Positions 37,025 through 47,583 of a stretch of 64,000 bases of DNA are shown here, piece after piece. Within the stretch, counting starts at the first letter, position 1. Each line of letters begins with the position of its first letter. The stretch comes from a virus, in the IMG/VR virus record IMGVR_UViG_3300045988_121186, positions 1 through 64,000 of that record. One strand, given 5' to 3'. The position numbers and the translations under genes are program-made. The notes beneath the pieces are model-generated. The model searched no databases. It saw only the letters and a program-made list of their open reading frames with translations, and was not told where the DNA came from.

Positions 37025-37453
37025 TTAATTGTCGAACGTAACTGTCTCCGATGTTACCACATATTCACCTATACTTCCATGTGTTTTAGAATATAATTCA
37101 AGTTTTATATAAGCGGAATAGGTGGCATAGAAAGTGCCCTGACCCAACCTGGTTATAATAGGTCTGACTATTGATGTTAGGGTCAAATTTTTAAAGGATG
37201 CAGGAGAAGGCTCTGGTTCGATATTAGTTTTAACAAGTCCACAACCCCATGATGTACCTGAGCCGGTTTTGTAGATCTTATCTACAGGATCTCCTATTAT
37301 CGTATCTGGGTACTCATGTTGCTCACTGGTGTAATTCATTACAATAGGATTATCATTGTTTACATTGTATTTTTTACCAGGAGCAGTATATAGTATTTCA
37401 CGATATGTTACATATTTCTTTTCTTGTTCTCTCACTGTAAACTGGTCCGGCAA
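37025..37453 (-). CDS. hypothetical beta-rich protein (142 aa)
   Basis: ORF. Confidence 0.5.
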   Translation of the reverse strand: MPDQFTVREQEKKYVTYREILYTAPGKKYNVNNDNPIVMNYTSEQHEYPDTIIGDPVDKIYKTGSGTSWGCGLVKTNIEPEPSPASFKNLTLTSIVRPIITRLGQGTFYATYSAYIKLELYSKTHGSIGEYVVTSETVTFDN

Positions 37454-37754
37454 ATAAAGACGTATCGAAAAACCTAAAGAAGGAGATTCTACTCTACCTA
37501 TAATAAGTTTAATGTCATCCTTCTCTACAAGCCCTTTCGTAGATTCTGTTTGTTCGCTGATAGTCTCTTTTGTATTAGATGGGACTCCTCCTTGGATACT
37601 TATAGAACTCAGACGTTGTTTTATAGAAAGAAAGGTAAATACACCACTTTGTGGAACGGTCCCAACTATTTCATCATCTATGATTACCCCCCCCCTATAC
37701 AGTTGCTAACTATTTGATATTCATATATTTTTAATGATGTTTCAAATCTTCTTC

Positions 37755-38216
37755 TCATATTCCTTTTAAGTAAGTATCAGGTGCAACAAAATTACTTATT
37801 GTCTTTATTATATGTATAGTATCTATAAAATATTTATCAATATCCATAGAAAGCTGAGGACGAAGATCTGAATCGTTTGTCTTATCTGTTATATAGAAAT
37901 AGTACAGAACATCCTCCAGATAAAATGTAAGATAAATATCCCCTGTGACATTTCCATTATTGAAATAGCAATTGATGCCGGAACCAGATGGAGTCATATA
38001 GCAATCTATACTCTGGGTATCTCCCATAGTACACACGTAATTGGAACTGGCAATATCAACCGCATATTTTCCAACATTTATACCACCACTTTCCATCGAT
38101 CTCGTGGTAGGTATATGAACGGCATTTTTCCAAGTGGAAAGAGGTGCAGATATACTAACAGCGAAAACGGGAATTATCGTCTGAAATAAATCATATGACA
38201 AAAACCTTCTTCTCAT
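37755..38216 (-). CDS. hypothetical secreted/structural protein (153 aa, signal-peptide-like N-terminus)
   Basis: Hydrophobic N-terminus IIPVFAVSISAP. Confidence 0.5.
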   Translation of the reverse strand: MRRRFLSYDLFQTIIPVFAVSISAPLSTWKNAVHIPTTRSMESGGINVGKYAVDIASSNYVCTMGDTQSIDCYMTPSGSGINCYFNNGNVTGDIYLTFYLEDVLYYFYITDKTNDSDLRPQLSMDIDKYFIDTIHIIKTISNFVAPDTYLKGI

Positions 38217-38435
38217 TATTTTATTTTTTTTTGCAAGATAGCATTTTTTTCATAACAAAAGAAACCAGTTCTCTATCATCGCTGACTGAGAACTGGTAAG
38301 AAAACAATTTTCAGAAAAAATTAAACCTACATAACCTTTAAAGTAAGAGCAAAAAAACGTATAGTCTACTCTTTTACAATGCTAAGATAGCATATTAGAA
38401 CCATATTGTAGTAATATAAGCCCAATATTCTTCGT

Positions 38436-41400
38436 CTACTTGTAGCTCACATCATCGTCTCCTTCCGAATCAGGAGTGGCACCGATGAAAAACATCATTG
38501 ACTTGTTGTTCGTCTGCTGCCACCAGTTATAGGCGCGTGCTACGTCTTCCGGCGTCTTAATGTTATACCATTGTTTGATAAACGTCTGTTTAGCGAGTTG
38601 TCTAAATAACTTAGACTCACCTTTGTATGTACCAGATGTTACTTTATCAAGTGAGTAGTTCCTGAGATCTGTGAGATCCTTCAGTTTCCGTCCCATAACA
38701 AACGGGTCATTAATGATATCCACCACATTAAGCTCCATAATAAACGGCATCTGAGAAGCTATTTCATTTATGGTTCTAAATCCTACATAAGATCCGAATT
38801 GAGTAAGCCAGCTTTCCTCGTTTTCATCATCATCACGCCATCCGGCAAGAAGCATAGACACGACCTGCATGATGAGGAACGTGCCGGCATAAACACTGAG
38901 GCGTTTAAGATTAGTCTTTTCCACCTCACCCATCTTATCTTTATTTTCGTTCCAGGCATCTATGATATTTTTCATACCAGGCTCGGAAGCTAAGCTAAAT
39001 GTTTTAGCTATCATATTCTTTAACGTAATTGACAGCCCTTCCTCTTCTTGCATTGTCTGGAAATTGAATCCCCTTCTTTTCCACAGACGTTGAGCCGCCA
39101 GCACCAGCCATCCTCGGTGGGCAGTCATGAACCTGGCTATCCAGTTGCGGGATGCGGCGGTCCGGTTTTCTTCATTCAAAGATCCGTTACATATCTGAGA
39201 CAGGCTACGAACCTGATTTCGGGTTATAGCCATCTGAGTTTCAACTTCCTCAACAGTAACACCCGATCCTGGTTTCACAACCACCTTGCCGTCTACGACA
39301 TCTACCATACTCCATAAAGTACGATCTTTTAATGCATCCCATTCTCTTTTTATGGTGCTCTGTTCTTTATTGCGTTCTTTTTCCATCTTGAAATCCTGGA
39401 ACGTGTAGAACCGACCTTTGTAATAACGAACGTTATCCATCGTAGCGATCATAACCTGCGGATCAAGAGGGTAGTTCATGATTTCCATAAAAGCATACAT
39501 CGGTGAACGCATTAAGGTCCGGGCCACCCTATTATATCCGGCACCATACATACGATTTCGGATATTGAATATCCCCATTCTCTCACCTATGACATATAAT
39601 TTGCTTTTTCTATCTATGTCTCCGGTTTCTGCTATACAAGATGGCGCAAGACGTGAAAACTCAGCCGATGCGTATTTAAGGGAATCTTTGCTTATATATT
39701 GTCCTACGGCAGATTCCATGATGAGGTTAATATGACCTGTCAGAGCGCCGGTAGCTGCCACAAACGGGGACAGCGCTAAGTTCATGACCGACATAAATCT
39801 TTCAACGGCCATCATAATTCTTGTAATATCTATCGTGTATCCACCGATGTTAACCGTAAGTTTCTTGGTGTTCATCCTAATGCCATAATAATGGTCATTA
39901 AAGAAGTCTCTAAACATCTGGTATGCTTGAGTTGCCTCAGCTTTCTTACCGCCTTCAAATTGCTTATTCAGTAACATCTGCTCCAGTCCTTGGGCAAGCT
40001 CTATAGACTTCTGCTTTTCGTTGTATAACGATGATTGCATCATAAGCATCGAATAAGAATAACCAAAATCATGAGATACGTCATCTTGGTTCTCTAATTC
40101 ATATATGTAGTATTTAGGTATAGACCTAATCCTATCTTCTGGATCATATACTTCCCCTTGTCTGGTTTTACCGTATAGAGAATCGTCTACTCTGTCCAGA
40201 CAGAGATCTGATACAAAATTACGAACCGTATTTTTGAAGTTGATACCCAATCCCTCCATACGTTCTATATCTTGTTTGGATATCTGTGGAATAGCATACA
40301 AATTGGGGCTCTGCTCTTTGTATAAGGAAAGGGATTGTCTTTTTATTTCCTTAAGTTTTTGAATCATATTCCATTGCTCTACGTTTTTAGTAGCAATCTC
40401 ATTACCATCAGCATCATATCTAATGCCGAAGTCATTGAAATACGATTCATCACGATACAGGCTCTTCTTGGGCATACGATAACCATACCCATGATCTTTT
40501 ACATAATCTGGGTTACGACCGCTATTTTCAGCTTCAGATTCAGCCACCCACGCTCTTGCAGGGTCGAAAGACAGGTACGATATATTCATACCATAATCTT
40601 GTGTGGATGTCCCGTTCTGTACGTCTTTAACCATCTGTGCCACGTCTATCTCACCTCGACCTATTTTACCAAGCATAGCCGCATATCCGGTAGGAGCCAT
40701 GCGTTTGTAATATGAAAAGACTTGACTTCTGGCAAATTCATTAACAATAGCATTAGCCTCTTCTATACCTGATTCTCTTGTGTTATTTAAAAACAAGCTG
40801 GCCATCTTAGTATTGACAGCATTCCTGAAATCCCTACTATCTAATTCTTTGCTTATTCCAAGCTTTTCTGACAAGTAGTTGGTTTCAGATACAGTAAACA
40901 AATATCGGTTATCAGCAGCCTTAAATAGTTTATCCCTTAAGGCTTGAATCCTTTTTGCTTTCTTTGCCGTAGTATGACGTTGCACAAACTTCCATTCCAC
41001 TTCCTTGGAGTCAGCAAGAGCATTTAAATAAGATTGATTGACTTCGTTTTCAGCCTTACTGCTTTTAGTAAGATATTTATCAATATCTTCAAGACCCACC
41101 ATCTTAGCATAATCTATTAAAATAGCGTAATCGGTTTCAATAGCTTCAGATGCAGCCCTAAAAGCATCTCTTTCAGATGAGGTAAATGTCGCTTCATTGA
41201 TTTCTCCGATGTCAGCCACATCGCGGTTATTCCCAATTATTTCCTTGATGATAGCCCTGTTTTTTTCTATATCTTTCACAATAGCTTCTACGTCTGTCGC
41301 ATCTCTATCACTTGTCGTAGAATTAATGATATCATGCGCCATTTTAAGATACGAAGCCTTGTTGTTTGATTCGGTGCGTGCCGACTGATCTGACTCTATA

Positions 41401-44400
41401 TCATTCCAAAACTGATCATTAAAAGCCAGGTGTCCTCCTAACATAAGCGTTCTCAGTGCAGCCTCCCCTCCAGACTCACGCTGAATCGTTCTCAATCTTT
41501 CCAAAAATGATTCTGATACGGCATTAGTAACATTATTTGATTCTTTTCTCCATACTTCATTTATAGCTTGTATTTCTTTAGCCATCTTGAGTTGATCACC
41601 GGTTTTATCGACTCTTCTGGTTCCTACATATATGTATTCTGAAGCTGCTTCCTTACGTTGTTTACGAAGCAGTCCTTCTTCTTCATAATTACTGCTCTTG
41701 AAGTAAGCAACTTCATCAAAATTACCATTGCTATCAATAAAAGGTTGCCTCAATATCCGTTTTTGCCGGGAAAGAGCATTAAGATATTCTTTAGTTGTTT
41801 GAGAAACCGGATACCCCAATTCTTCTTCAGCCTTTTTGTATATGGATTCCATTCTTGTGGCATAACTTTCACTAAATTCCAGTTCTGAATTTTTAGCATC
41901 CCACTTCTCCATCTGTTCTGTATAAATCCTTTCCTGCTCGATGGTAAAAATATCGGTATTAACCCTATCGGACGACGGTTTAAATTTAGCGTTCTCAGTA
42001 ACCGTATTTCCGTCCTTGTCAACTACTTCTCTTTTAAATACGTAATTACGGTTATTGTCAACCACATCATTGATTTCTTCTTCTGATATCTCTATGTTCA
42101 TGGCAGTTGCAAACGCTCGCATCTGCGCCAGCTTCTTATTACGATCGTATTTAGCCATATCAAGAGCACTACGAAGATAATTAGAAGTCTTGCCGTCTAC
42201 TTTCTGAAGCAGTTTTTCAAATTCAGATTTATTGAAACCATGTTTTTTCGCATATGCCAGGAAGTCGGATATGGCTGGCTGGGCATTCACCATCGCATTA
42301 TAATTGTCTTTGGCAATCATAGCTCCAAGAGCGTTATTAAACGGGCTGGAAGAATGTTCTAATATACCAAACCACCTACTTATCCAGGACACATCGTGTT
42401 GGACTTTATCAAAGAACTCTTTTACTTTCTTTACCTTATCTGCCGGCACATGAAGTTCGTTCATTAACTTGTCAAGCAACGTACTTTCATCAAGATCTTG
42501 TACTGATTTAATATCAGACTGAATACCATTGATGTCGGCAATGACGGTATTGATCCTATTTGTATAATCTTGCTTTTCACGTTCGTCAAATTCGGTACTT
42601 CTGTTACGGATATATCCTCGAAGATCGTTCATGATCGGAAGAACCTGATTGTTGATAATATCTACGTTCTTTCGATCATTGGTATTGAAATGAAGTTTAC
42701 CGTCTTTGGTATCACCATGAAGGATAGTATTTACTACATTGCTTAAGTATCTGACCTGAGCTTCGGCTGTGGAGATCATGCTATTCATGGCAGCCGCCAT
42801 CTCATTTTTGTCTATTTCGGTCTCTACCTTATTTATCTTATCTTCTATGGTCTTAAGTTGAGCAAGGGTCATAGATGTAGTTACAGCCCTATCAGAGCTT
42901 ATCTGACGTAAGTCTCTCAATGTTTTTCTCAATGCCCGGATCTTAGACTCAAGAAACTTGTTCTTGTTCATAGAGGAAAGAGAGTATAATGTAAAATCAT
43001 TATCCTTTAAAAGAGAAGTATCAAATCCTTTATCTATGTCGGTAATAGCAAGATCACGAATGTTTTTAATAACGTTATTCAAATCTTGTCTTTGGGTAGA
43101 TAAAGCTGATTTAAGCCAGTTTACGATTCCAGAGAGAAGCTGCCGGACGCGTCCCAGGAAGGAGGTGGGCTCTATGGGCGCCGTTCTGTCCTGCATCTCC
43201 CTGGCAAGGATCTTTCCAAGAATTTCTTTCCTAACTACATTGTCAAGTTCAGTTCCTTCATATACCTTACCGTATGTATTATAATACTGATTTGCATACT
43301 GATTCCATTCTTCAGTGCCTTCTACGTCTTGCAAAACAGATTCAACAGCATTCTGATCTCTGTACGCCTCTACAAGGAAGTGGGCTGTTTCTTCTACTAA
43401 GTCAGACAAAGTAGCATCTTCACCGACTGCTATTACGTTATTGGCAATATCCGCCAATGCTTTAGCAGAAGGTTCGTGTCCGTATTTAGTTTGGTACTTC
43501 TCTATATAATCGGTCATGCCAACGACACTAACGCCCAGCGTTTTCAGTATCTCAACAATAGAATTTCGTTGATTACGTTCCTCTTGGCTATAATCCGATA
43601 CTATCTTAGCTTTAGTATCAGCATAAAGATCATTGTCTTCTAATATAAATGAAACTACAAGCGCATCAAAGTGATCGTATTTAGCATCCAATTCATTGTA
43701 TCTTCCAGACTTAAGATCGCTCTTTATCTGCTCCTTGCTAACTCTTTCTGTTCCTCCGGTGGCGAGTCTCATAGTCACCTTACTATTATCCAATGAATTT
43801 ATGGTTATCATGCCTTGATCATTCATGGAAACATCAGAACTGAAATGATTACGAAGTTCGGTATAAGCTAAGGCTGAATTGAAAAGTCTAATTTGTCCTG
43901 CATGTCCTTCTCCTGTAAGATAATAGCTTCTTGTTTCCGGATCGAATATCTTGGATCCTGACAAAAGACCTTTCTTTATAAGGTAGTTTATTATCCCACC
44001 TTTTGTTGATAAAGAAGTGGAAGCAGAGGCGGTCATAACAGGTATAAAAGATTTGGGGTTGTTAAGGACATACTTTCCAGCCTTGTAAGTAATGTCTGCC
44101 ACGCCATCCCAGGCAGATTCTTGAACGGTGCCAGATAAGAATCCTATTCTGATATCATTCCCGCCAGAGCGAAGAGCTTCTCCGTAATCTTCAAATAATT
44201 GATTACGATCATTCATAAAAAACAAACGAGGTTCTCCAGTCTGATACGTTACACCCACAGGATTAGAATCTGTTTCTGGTAGCTCTTCTGGACTAAATAT
44301 CTTAAGACCGTCTTTTATAACCATATAATTAACATCATTATCCTGTACCATAGATACGGGAGTGAAGTCCGAAGATATAGCATCTTGTAGATACTGCCCT

Positions 44401-44852
44401 GAGTCTATTCCTGGTTCTTCCGGCACGGAGATACTTGACGGAACCATAGCATCCACCAACATAATATTATCACCCAGATCTTGGCTATAGAATCCAAAGC
44501 CTGATTCTTGAATCCCATAAGGTGCATCTGATTTCGACACAAGAATAGGGTTGCTCATCTTAGAAGCCTTATCCAGCACCCTTTCTCTATAGGTCTCTGG
44601 AATAAGGCCGATGTTAGATTTTACCTTATTGTAAGCCTGTTTGTTGATAGGCACATTCCTTCTCCAGTCACCAAAAGCCTTTAAGAACTTATTAGAAAAT
44701 ACGGTTTTAAAAACAGTAGTAGCCCGTTCCCTATTTTCCATAAGAGGAATAGATGCTATCTTATCGAATAACATAGACCTGTCCCCTGATCTGGTAGAGA
44801 CAGAAACAACTTTCTTTTTATTATCTCTTTTAATAATACACGTTGATACCAT
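38436..44852 (-). CDS. giant virion-associated protein (2138 aa)
   Basis: Uninterrupted 6.4 kb ORF in the structural arm. No DxDGD RNAP motif found (closest is YDADGNE). Confidence 0.7.
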   Translation of the reverse strand: MVSTCIIKRDNKKKVVSVSTRSGDRSMLFDKIASIPLMENRERATTVFKTVFSNKFLKAFGDWRRNVPINKQAYNKVKSNIGLIPETYRERVLDKASKMSNPILVSKSDAPYGIQESGFGFYSQDLGDNIMLVDAMVPSSISVPEEPGIDSGQYLQDAISSDFTPVSMVQDNDVNYMVIKDGLKIFSPEELPETDSNPVGVTYQTGEPRLFFMNDRNQLFEDYGEALRSGGNDIRIGFLSGTVQESAWDGVADITYKAGKYVLNNPKSFIPVMTASASTSLSTKGGIINYLIKKGLLSGSKIFDPETRSYYLTGEGHAGQIRLFNSALAYTELRNHFSSDVSMNDQGMITINSLDNSKVTMRLATGGTERVSKEQIKSDLKSGRYNELDAKYDHFDALVVSFILEDNDLYADTKAKIVSDYSQEERNQRNSIVEILKTLGVSVVGMTDYIEKYQTKYGHEPSAKALADIANNVIAVGEDATLSDLVEETAHFLVEAYRDQNAVESVLQDVEGTEEWNQYANQYYNTYGKVYEGTELDNVVRKEILGKILAREMQDRTAPIEPTSFLGRVRQLLSGIVNWLKSALSTQRQDLNNVIKNIRDLAITDIDKGFDTSLLKDNDFTLYSLSSMNKNKFLESKIRALRKTLRDLRQISSDRAVTTSMTLAQLKTIEDKINKVETEIDKNEMAAAMNSMISTAEAQVRYLSNVVNTILHGDTKDGKLHFNTNDRKNVDIINNQVLPIMNDLRGYIRNRSTEFDEREKQDYTNRINTVIADINGIQSDIKSVQDLDESTLLDKLMNELHVPADKVKKVKEFFDKVQHDVSWISRWFGILEHSSSPFNNALGAMIAKDNYNAMVNAQPAISDFLAYAKKHGFNKSEFEKLLQKVDGKTSNYLRSALDMAKYDRNKKLAQMRAFATAMNIEISEEEINDVVDNNRNYVFKREVVDKDGNTVTENAKFKPSSDRVNTDIFTIEQERIYTEQMEKWDAKNSELEFSESYATRMESIYKKAEEELGYPVSQTTKEYLNALSRQKRILRQPFIDSNGNFDEVAYFKSSNYEEEGLLRKQRKEAASEYIYVGTRRVDKTGDQLKMAKEIQAINEVWRKESNNVTNAVSESFLERLRTIQRESGGEAALRTLMLGGHLAFNDQFWNDIESDQSARTESNNKASYLKMAHDIINSTTSDRDATDVEAIVKDIEKNRAIIKEIIGNNRDVADIGEINEATFTSSERDAFRAASEAIETDYAILIDYAKMVGLEDIDKYLTKSSKAENEVNQSYLNALADSKEVEWKFVQRHTTAKKAKRIQALRDKLFKAADNRYLFTVSETNYLSEKLGISKELDSRDFRNAVNTKMASLFLNNTRESGIEEANAIVNEFARSQVFSYYKRMAPTGYAAMLGKIGRGEIDVAQMVKDVQNGTSTQDYGMNISYLSFDPARAWVAESEAENSGRNPDYVKDHGYGYRMPKKSLYRDESYFNDFGIRYDADGNEIATKNVEQWNMIQKLKEIKRQSLSLYKEQSPNLYAIPQISKQDIERMEGLGINFKNTVRNFVSDLCLDRVDDSLYGKTRQGEVYDPEDRIRSIPKYYIYELENQDDVSHDFGYSYSMLMMQSSLYNEKQKSIELAQGLEQMLLNKQFEGGKKAEATQAYQMFRDFFNDHYYGIRMNTKKLTVNIGGYTIDITRIMMAVERFMSVMNLALSPFVAATGALTGHINLIMESAVGQYISKDSLKYASAEFSRLAPSCIAETGDIDRKSKLYVIGERMGIFNIRNRMYGAGYNRVARTLMRSPMYAFMEIMNYPLDPQVMIATMDNVRYYKGRFYTFQDFKMEKERNKEQSTIKREWDALKDRTLWSMVDVVDGKVVVKPGSGVTVEEVETQMAITRNQVRSLSQICNGSLNEENRTAASRNWIARFMTAHRGWLVLAAQRLWKRRGFNFQTMQEEEGLSITLKNMIAKTFSLASEPGMKNIIDAWNENKDKMGEVEKTNLKRLSVYAGTFLIMQVVSMLLAGWRDDDENEESWLTQFGSYVGFRTINEIASQMPFIMELNVVDIINDPFVMGRKLKDLTDLRNYSLDKVTSGTYKGESKLFRQLAKQTFIKQWYNIKTPEDVARAYNWWQQTNNKSMMFFIGATPDSEGDDDVSYK

Positions 44853-44993
44853 GATAAAACATTTTTGTTATGAGACAAAGGTAGCCAAAAATCAAGCATA
44901 TCATAAAAAATTAAGCCATCTAACTTCTCAGTCTGATGGCTTAAAAATAATATGAAAAAAAATTATAATCTGACGCAAATCGTCAAGTTACGC

Positions 44994-45317
44994 TTATGCA
45001 TTGTATTTGTACCCATTTCTATGAATAAACCTTCCCGATTCAAAACGTTCAATATCTTCAGGGCAAATAGGGCCCGAATCTTCTCTCCTGGCTTCAAACC
45101 AAAGCCCTGGCTTGCGAAGTCGGCAAGTTATGATATAATTGAAGCAATTGTGTGTAAAATGGAAAACAGATCCTACAGGGAAATATCTATCAGCTTGAAA
45201 TACGATTCTTTTTCGTTTGGTATCAAATGTGATATCTCCTACTACCTTAGCCACGTAATAGCTTATGCCATTTAACGTTTCATCTGTTTGTGGTATCCAA
45301 TAATAACCTCTTGCCAT
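44994..45317 (-). CDS. hypothetical protein (107 aa from MARGYYW; the track start at 45353 lies inside the upstream terminator hairpin)
   Basis: ORF. Confidence 0.45.
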   Translation of the reverse strand: MARGYYWIPQTDETLNGISYYVAKVVGDITFDTKRKRIVFQADRYFPVGSVFHFTHNCFNYIITCRLRKPGLWFEARREDSGPICPEDIERFESGRFIHRNGYKYNA

Positions 45318-45330
45318 AGCGCAAATATAT

Positions 45331-45369
45331 AAAAAAAGTCGGACAAAACACATGTCCGACCTTTTTTTT
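45331..45369 (-). terminator. rho-independent terminator (gtcggac ... gtccgac) flanked by an A-tract and a T-tract; bidirectional
   Basis: 7-bp stem with A7 and T8 tracts. Confidence 0.6.
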
Positions 45370-45550
45370 ACTTTGATTCGTTTTCAAACCGCTTTATAAG
45401 AGAAGCAATATCATCACCACAAATAAACATCATTCTACGTTCTTCTTTTGGTTTATGAGACGTTGGGATGGTTTTGTTTATTTTAATCTGATTCGCCAGA
45501 CCTCTGCCTAAACGAATATCAGCTTTTTTACCTTTAATGTTGAACTTCAT
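45368..45550 (-). CDS. small basic protein (60 aa)
   Basis: ORF. Confidence 0.4.
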   Translation of the reverse strand: MKFNIKGKKADIRLGRGLANQIKINKTIPTSHKPKEERRMMFICGDDIASLIKRFENESK

Positions 45551-45863
45551 AGATTATTTGTTTAAACAGACCAATTCCGTCTATTATAATATGACCGCTT
45601 CGCATACGACCATTATTAAGATTGTAAAGGAAATTAAAACCACTTTCTTTTTCTTGTCTTTCAAAAGAACTGATATCCTTTCCTCTACGAGCTCTTCCAA
45701 AAGCCTTCTTGAACAACTTTCCTCTGAAGGTCTTGACAAGGTTCTTGGTAGCTTTATTACCGGCTCTTATCGTTACTTTCCTTGCCTGGTTTTCTGAGAC
45801 AAAACTGCTTCGGAAAATATACGATGCTGCTGCTTGTATATCTTGTTTAGTAATCATATGCAT
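45534..45863 (-). CDS. hypothetical basic protein (109 aa)
   Basis: ORF. Confidence 0.45.
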   Translation of the reverse strand: MHMITKQDIQAAASYIFRSSFVSENQARKVTIRAGNKATKNLVKTFRGKLFKKAFGRARRGKDISSFERQEKESGFNFLYNLNNGRMRSGHIIIDGIGLFKQIIYEVQH

Positions 45864-46210
45864 ATGCCAAACATTTCTTTCAGAATACTGATCTTTATTC
45901 CGTATATCAATTTCATCTCATCTCTATCATATACGTCAAAAAAGGATTTACTGGGGTCCTTTGGATTTGCGTTCAATTGAATTATGCAATTACCAGTATA
46001 AACCTTAAGCCTATAATTATCGGAGTATATATCCTGCATGGTCTCAAATGTCTCAATTAAATTTTCAACAAGAACTCTGTTAAATGAAAAAGATTCTTTG
46101 CCATCACCTTTAAATGTGATATGATCTAAATTCTTGTTGTCAGATTCGTACTCTAACTGATTGCCGTCCATCATATCATAAAAGATTGACTTTCTGATTC
46201 TAAATCCCAT
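45854..46210 (-). CDS. hypothetical protein (118 aa)
   Basis: ORF. Confidence 0.45.
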   Translation of the reverse strand: MGFRIRKSIFYDMMDGNQLEYESDNKNLDHITFKGDGKESFSFNRVLVENLIETFETMQDIYSDNYRLKVYTGNCIIQLNANPKDPSKSFFDVYDRDEMKLIYGIKISILKEMFGICI

Positions 46211-46226
46211 ATTATTTTGTTTTTAG

Positions 46227-46532
46227 TTAATATAAATCTTCCGAATGCAATTGTTCTCTAATGGCATTCCTATCTACTACCATTTCTTGATTATTGTTTC
46301 TAACAAGTTCAGATGCTTCCTCTCTTGTTAGAAACCGGTTCTTGCTTGTCAAAAATCCTTGAATACTACGGTTTTTATGGGCTATGCCGTATGCAGCAAG
46401 TTGCGATATTATAGAACAGTGTCTCAATCCACAAAATACGGTTCCGGATGGTATATTTATTGGACCGTGAGGCTTATTCTTGTAATCTTTAACCCAGATA
46501 GCTGCGCATATAACAATTTCCTTATCACACAT
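46227..46532 (-). CDS. hypothetical protein (101 aa)
   Basis: ORF. Confidence 0.45.
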   Translation of the reverse strand: MCDKEIVICAAIWVKDYKNKPHGPINIPSGTVFCGLRHCSIISQLAAYGIAHKNRSIQGFLTSKNRFLTREEASELVRNNNQEMVVDRNAIREQLHSEDLY

Positions 46533-46535
46533 AAA

Positions 46536-46811
46536 TCAATAATTTAAAATACCATTTTTACCAATATGCTTCTTTTCTTCTTCAGTAGGCCATTCTTTCT
46601 TGAACTTACCGTGCCACGTTCCAGGAACCACCACCAGTTGGTCTTCCTTATCATATTCAATAGCAGCACATTCAGAACAAAGAGGCTTACCTTCATATCC
46701 CTTTAGCGATTCATCGTAAATACGATTTATACAAGGTCTTATAAGAGCCCAGTAACAGGACGTGGCTGTATTATCTATACAGCCACACTTTGAACATACA
46801 AACAAACTCAT
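46536..46811 (-). CDS. zinc-ribbon protein (91 aa)
   Basis: CSKCGC ... CSEC. Confidence 0.45.
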   Translation of the reverse strand: MSLFVCSKCGCIDNTATSCYWALIRPCINRIYDESLKGYEGKPLCSECAAIEYDKEDQLVVVPGTWHGKFKKEWPTEEEKKHIGKNGILNY

Positions 46812-47560
46812 CCCGCAATCTCCCAGTCATTAGACATAATATCATGTTCGGTTGGATTCCAATTTGATGCTACTTTTTGACCTGTATCTACCATCAATAT
46901 ATTTACGTCAGATTCTGCAATAAACATACAGATATACTTTTTACCCCAATCGATTCTTTTTATCTTACGACCTAATTTAAGCTGTTCTAAAGCCTTTTCG
47001 AATGTCATGCCATGACGAGGCAGTTTGAGATACTTTTCAAGCCTGTCGGCGGCTTCATTTGGTGTATGGCCATCATATTCGAAAGCGGTTTCTCTTTCAG
47101 GAACATCAAACAAATCCCAGTATTTGCTTTTATAGTGATTAGATACCTGACCGGTAGGCAGGATCGCCATCACAATAAACCAGTCATCAGAACCGAAGCA
47201 TTTTTCTCCGTCGCTGTGTCTCCTTGATTTGCAAACTTCAACCTGTCCGTTTCTGGCTAATAGATTAAAGAAGGCGGCGTTGTACAACATGCGGTACCGA
47301 TACAATTCATTGAAAGTATGGTATCCGTCAGAAACTTCTCCCATGTCTCCTGGTTCTGTTTTAGGTTCAGGATGATTAGGATAATAGTAGTCCACTGATG
47401 CTTCTAACACAGACTTGATGTGTTCTACTATCCTCGTAGCATCATCATGTCTTAAGAAATACTTGAATCCTTCAACGAATTTAATATCTTCATTGATTGT
47501 TGATTCGAACTCTTCTTTTGTCATTGCTCTAACTACATCTTTAAAATCTTTTAATTCCAT
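46808..47560 (-). CDS. two-domain protein with a C-terminal DUF2829-like (Tad2-type) domain
   Basis: C-terminal MTFEKALEQLKLGRKIKRIDWGKKYICM ... MVDTGQ ... WNPTEHDIMSNDWEI matches the DUF2829 pattern (AL.ALK.GKKV.R..W ... W.PSQ.DLLAEDWEI). Confidence 0.45.
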   Translation of the reverse strand: MELKDFKDVVRAMTKEEFESTINEDIKFVEGFKYFLRHDDATRIVEHIKSVLEASVDYYYPNHPEPKTEPGDMGEVSDGYHTFNELYRYRMLYNAAFFNLLARNGQVEVCKSRRHSDGEKCFGSDDWFIVMAILPTGQVSNHYKSKYWDLFDVPERETAFEYDGHTPNEAADRLEKYLKLPRHGMTFEKALEQLKLGRKIKRIDWGKKYICMFIAESDVNILMVDTGQKVASNWNPTEHDIMSNDWEIAG

Positions 47561-47583
47561 AATTTGTTTTAAATTAGTTGTTA

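Noticed and set aside
38799-43284. Plus-strand ORFs (64-126 aa) inside the 2138-aa minus-strand gene (38799..38993, 39048..39317, 39478..39735, 40335..40715, 41197..41388, 41658..41888, 42958..43284)
   Set aside because: Antisense to a long, clearly coding ORF. They have low-complexity or hydrophobic composition typical of spurious antisense frames.
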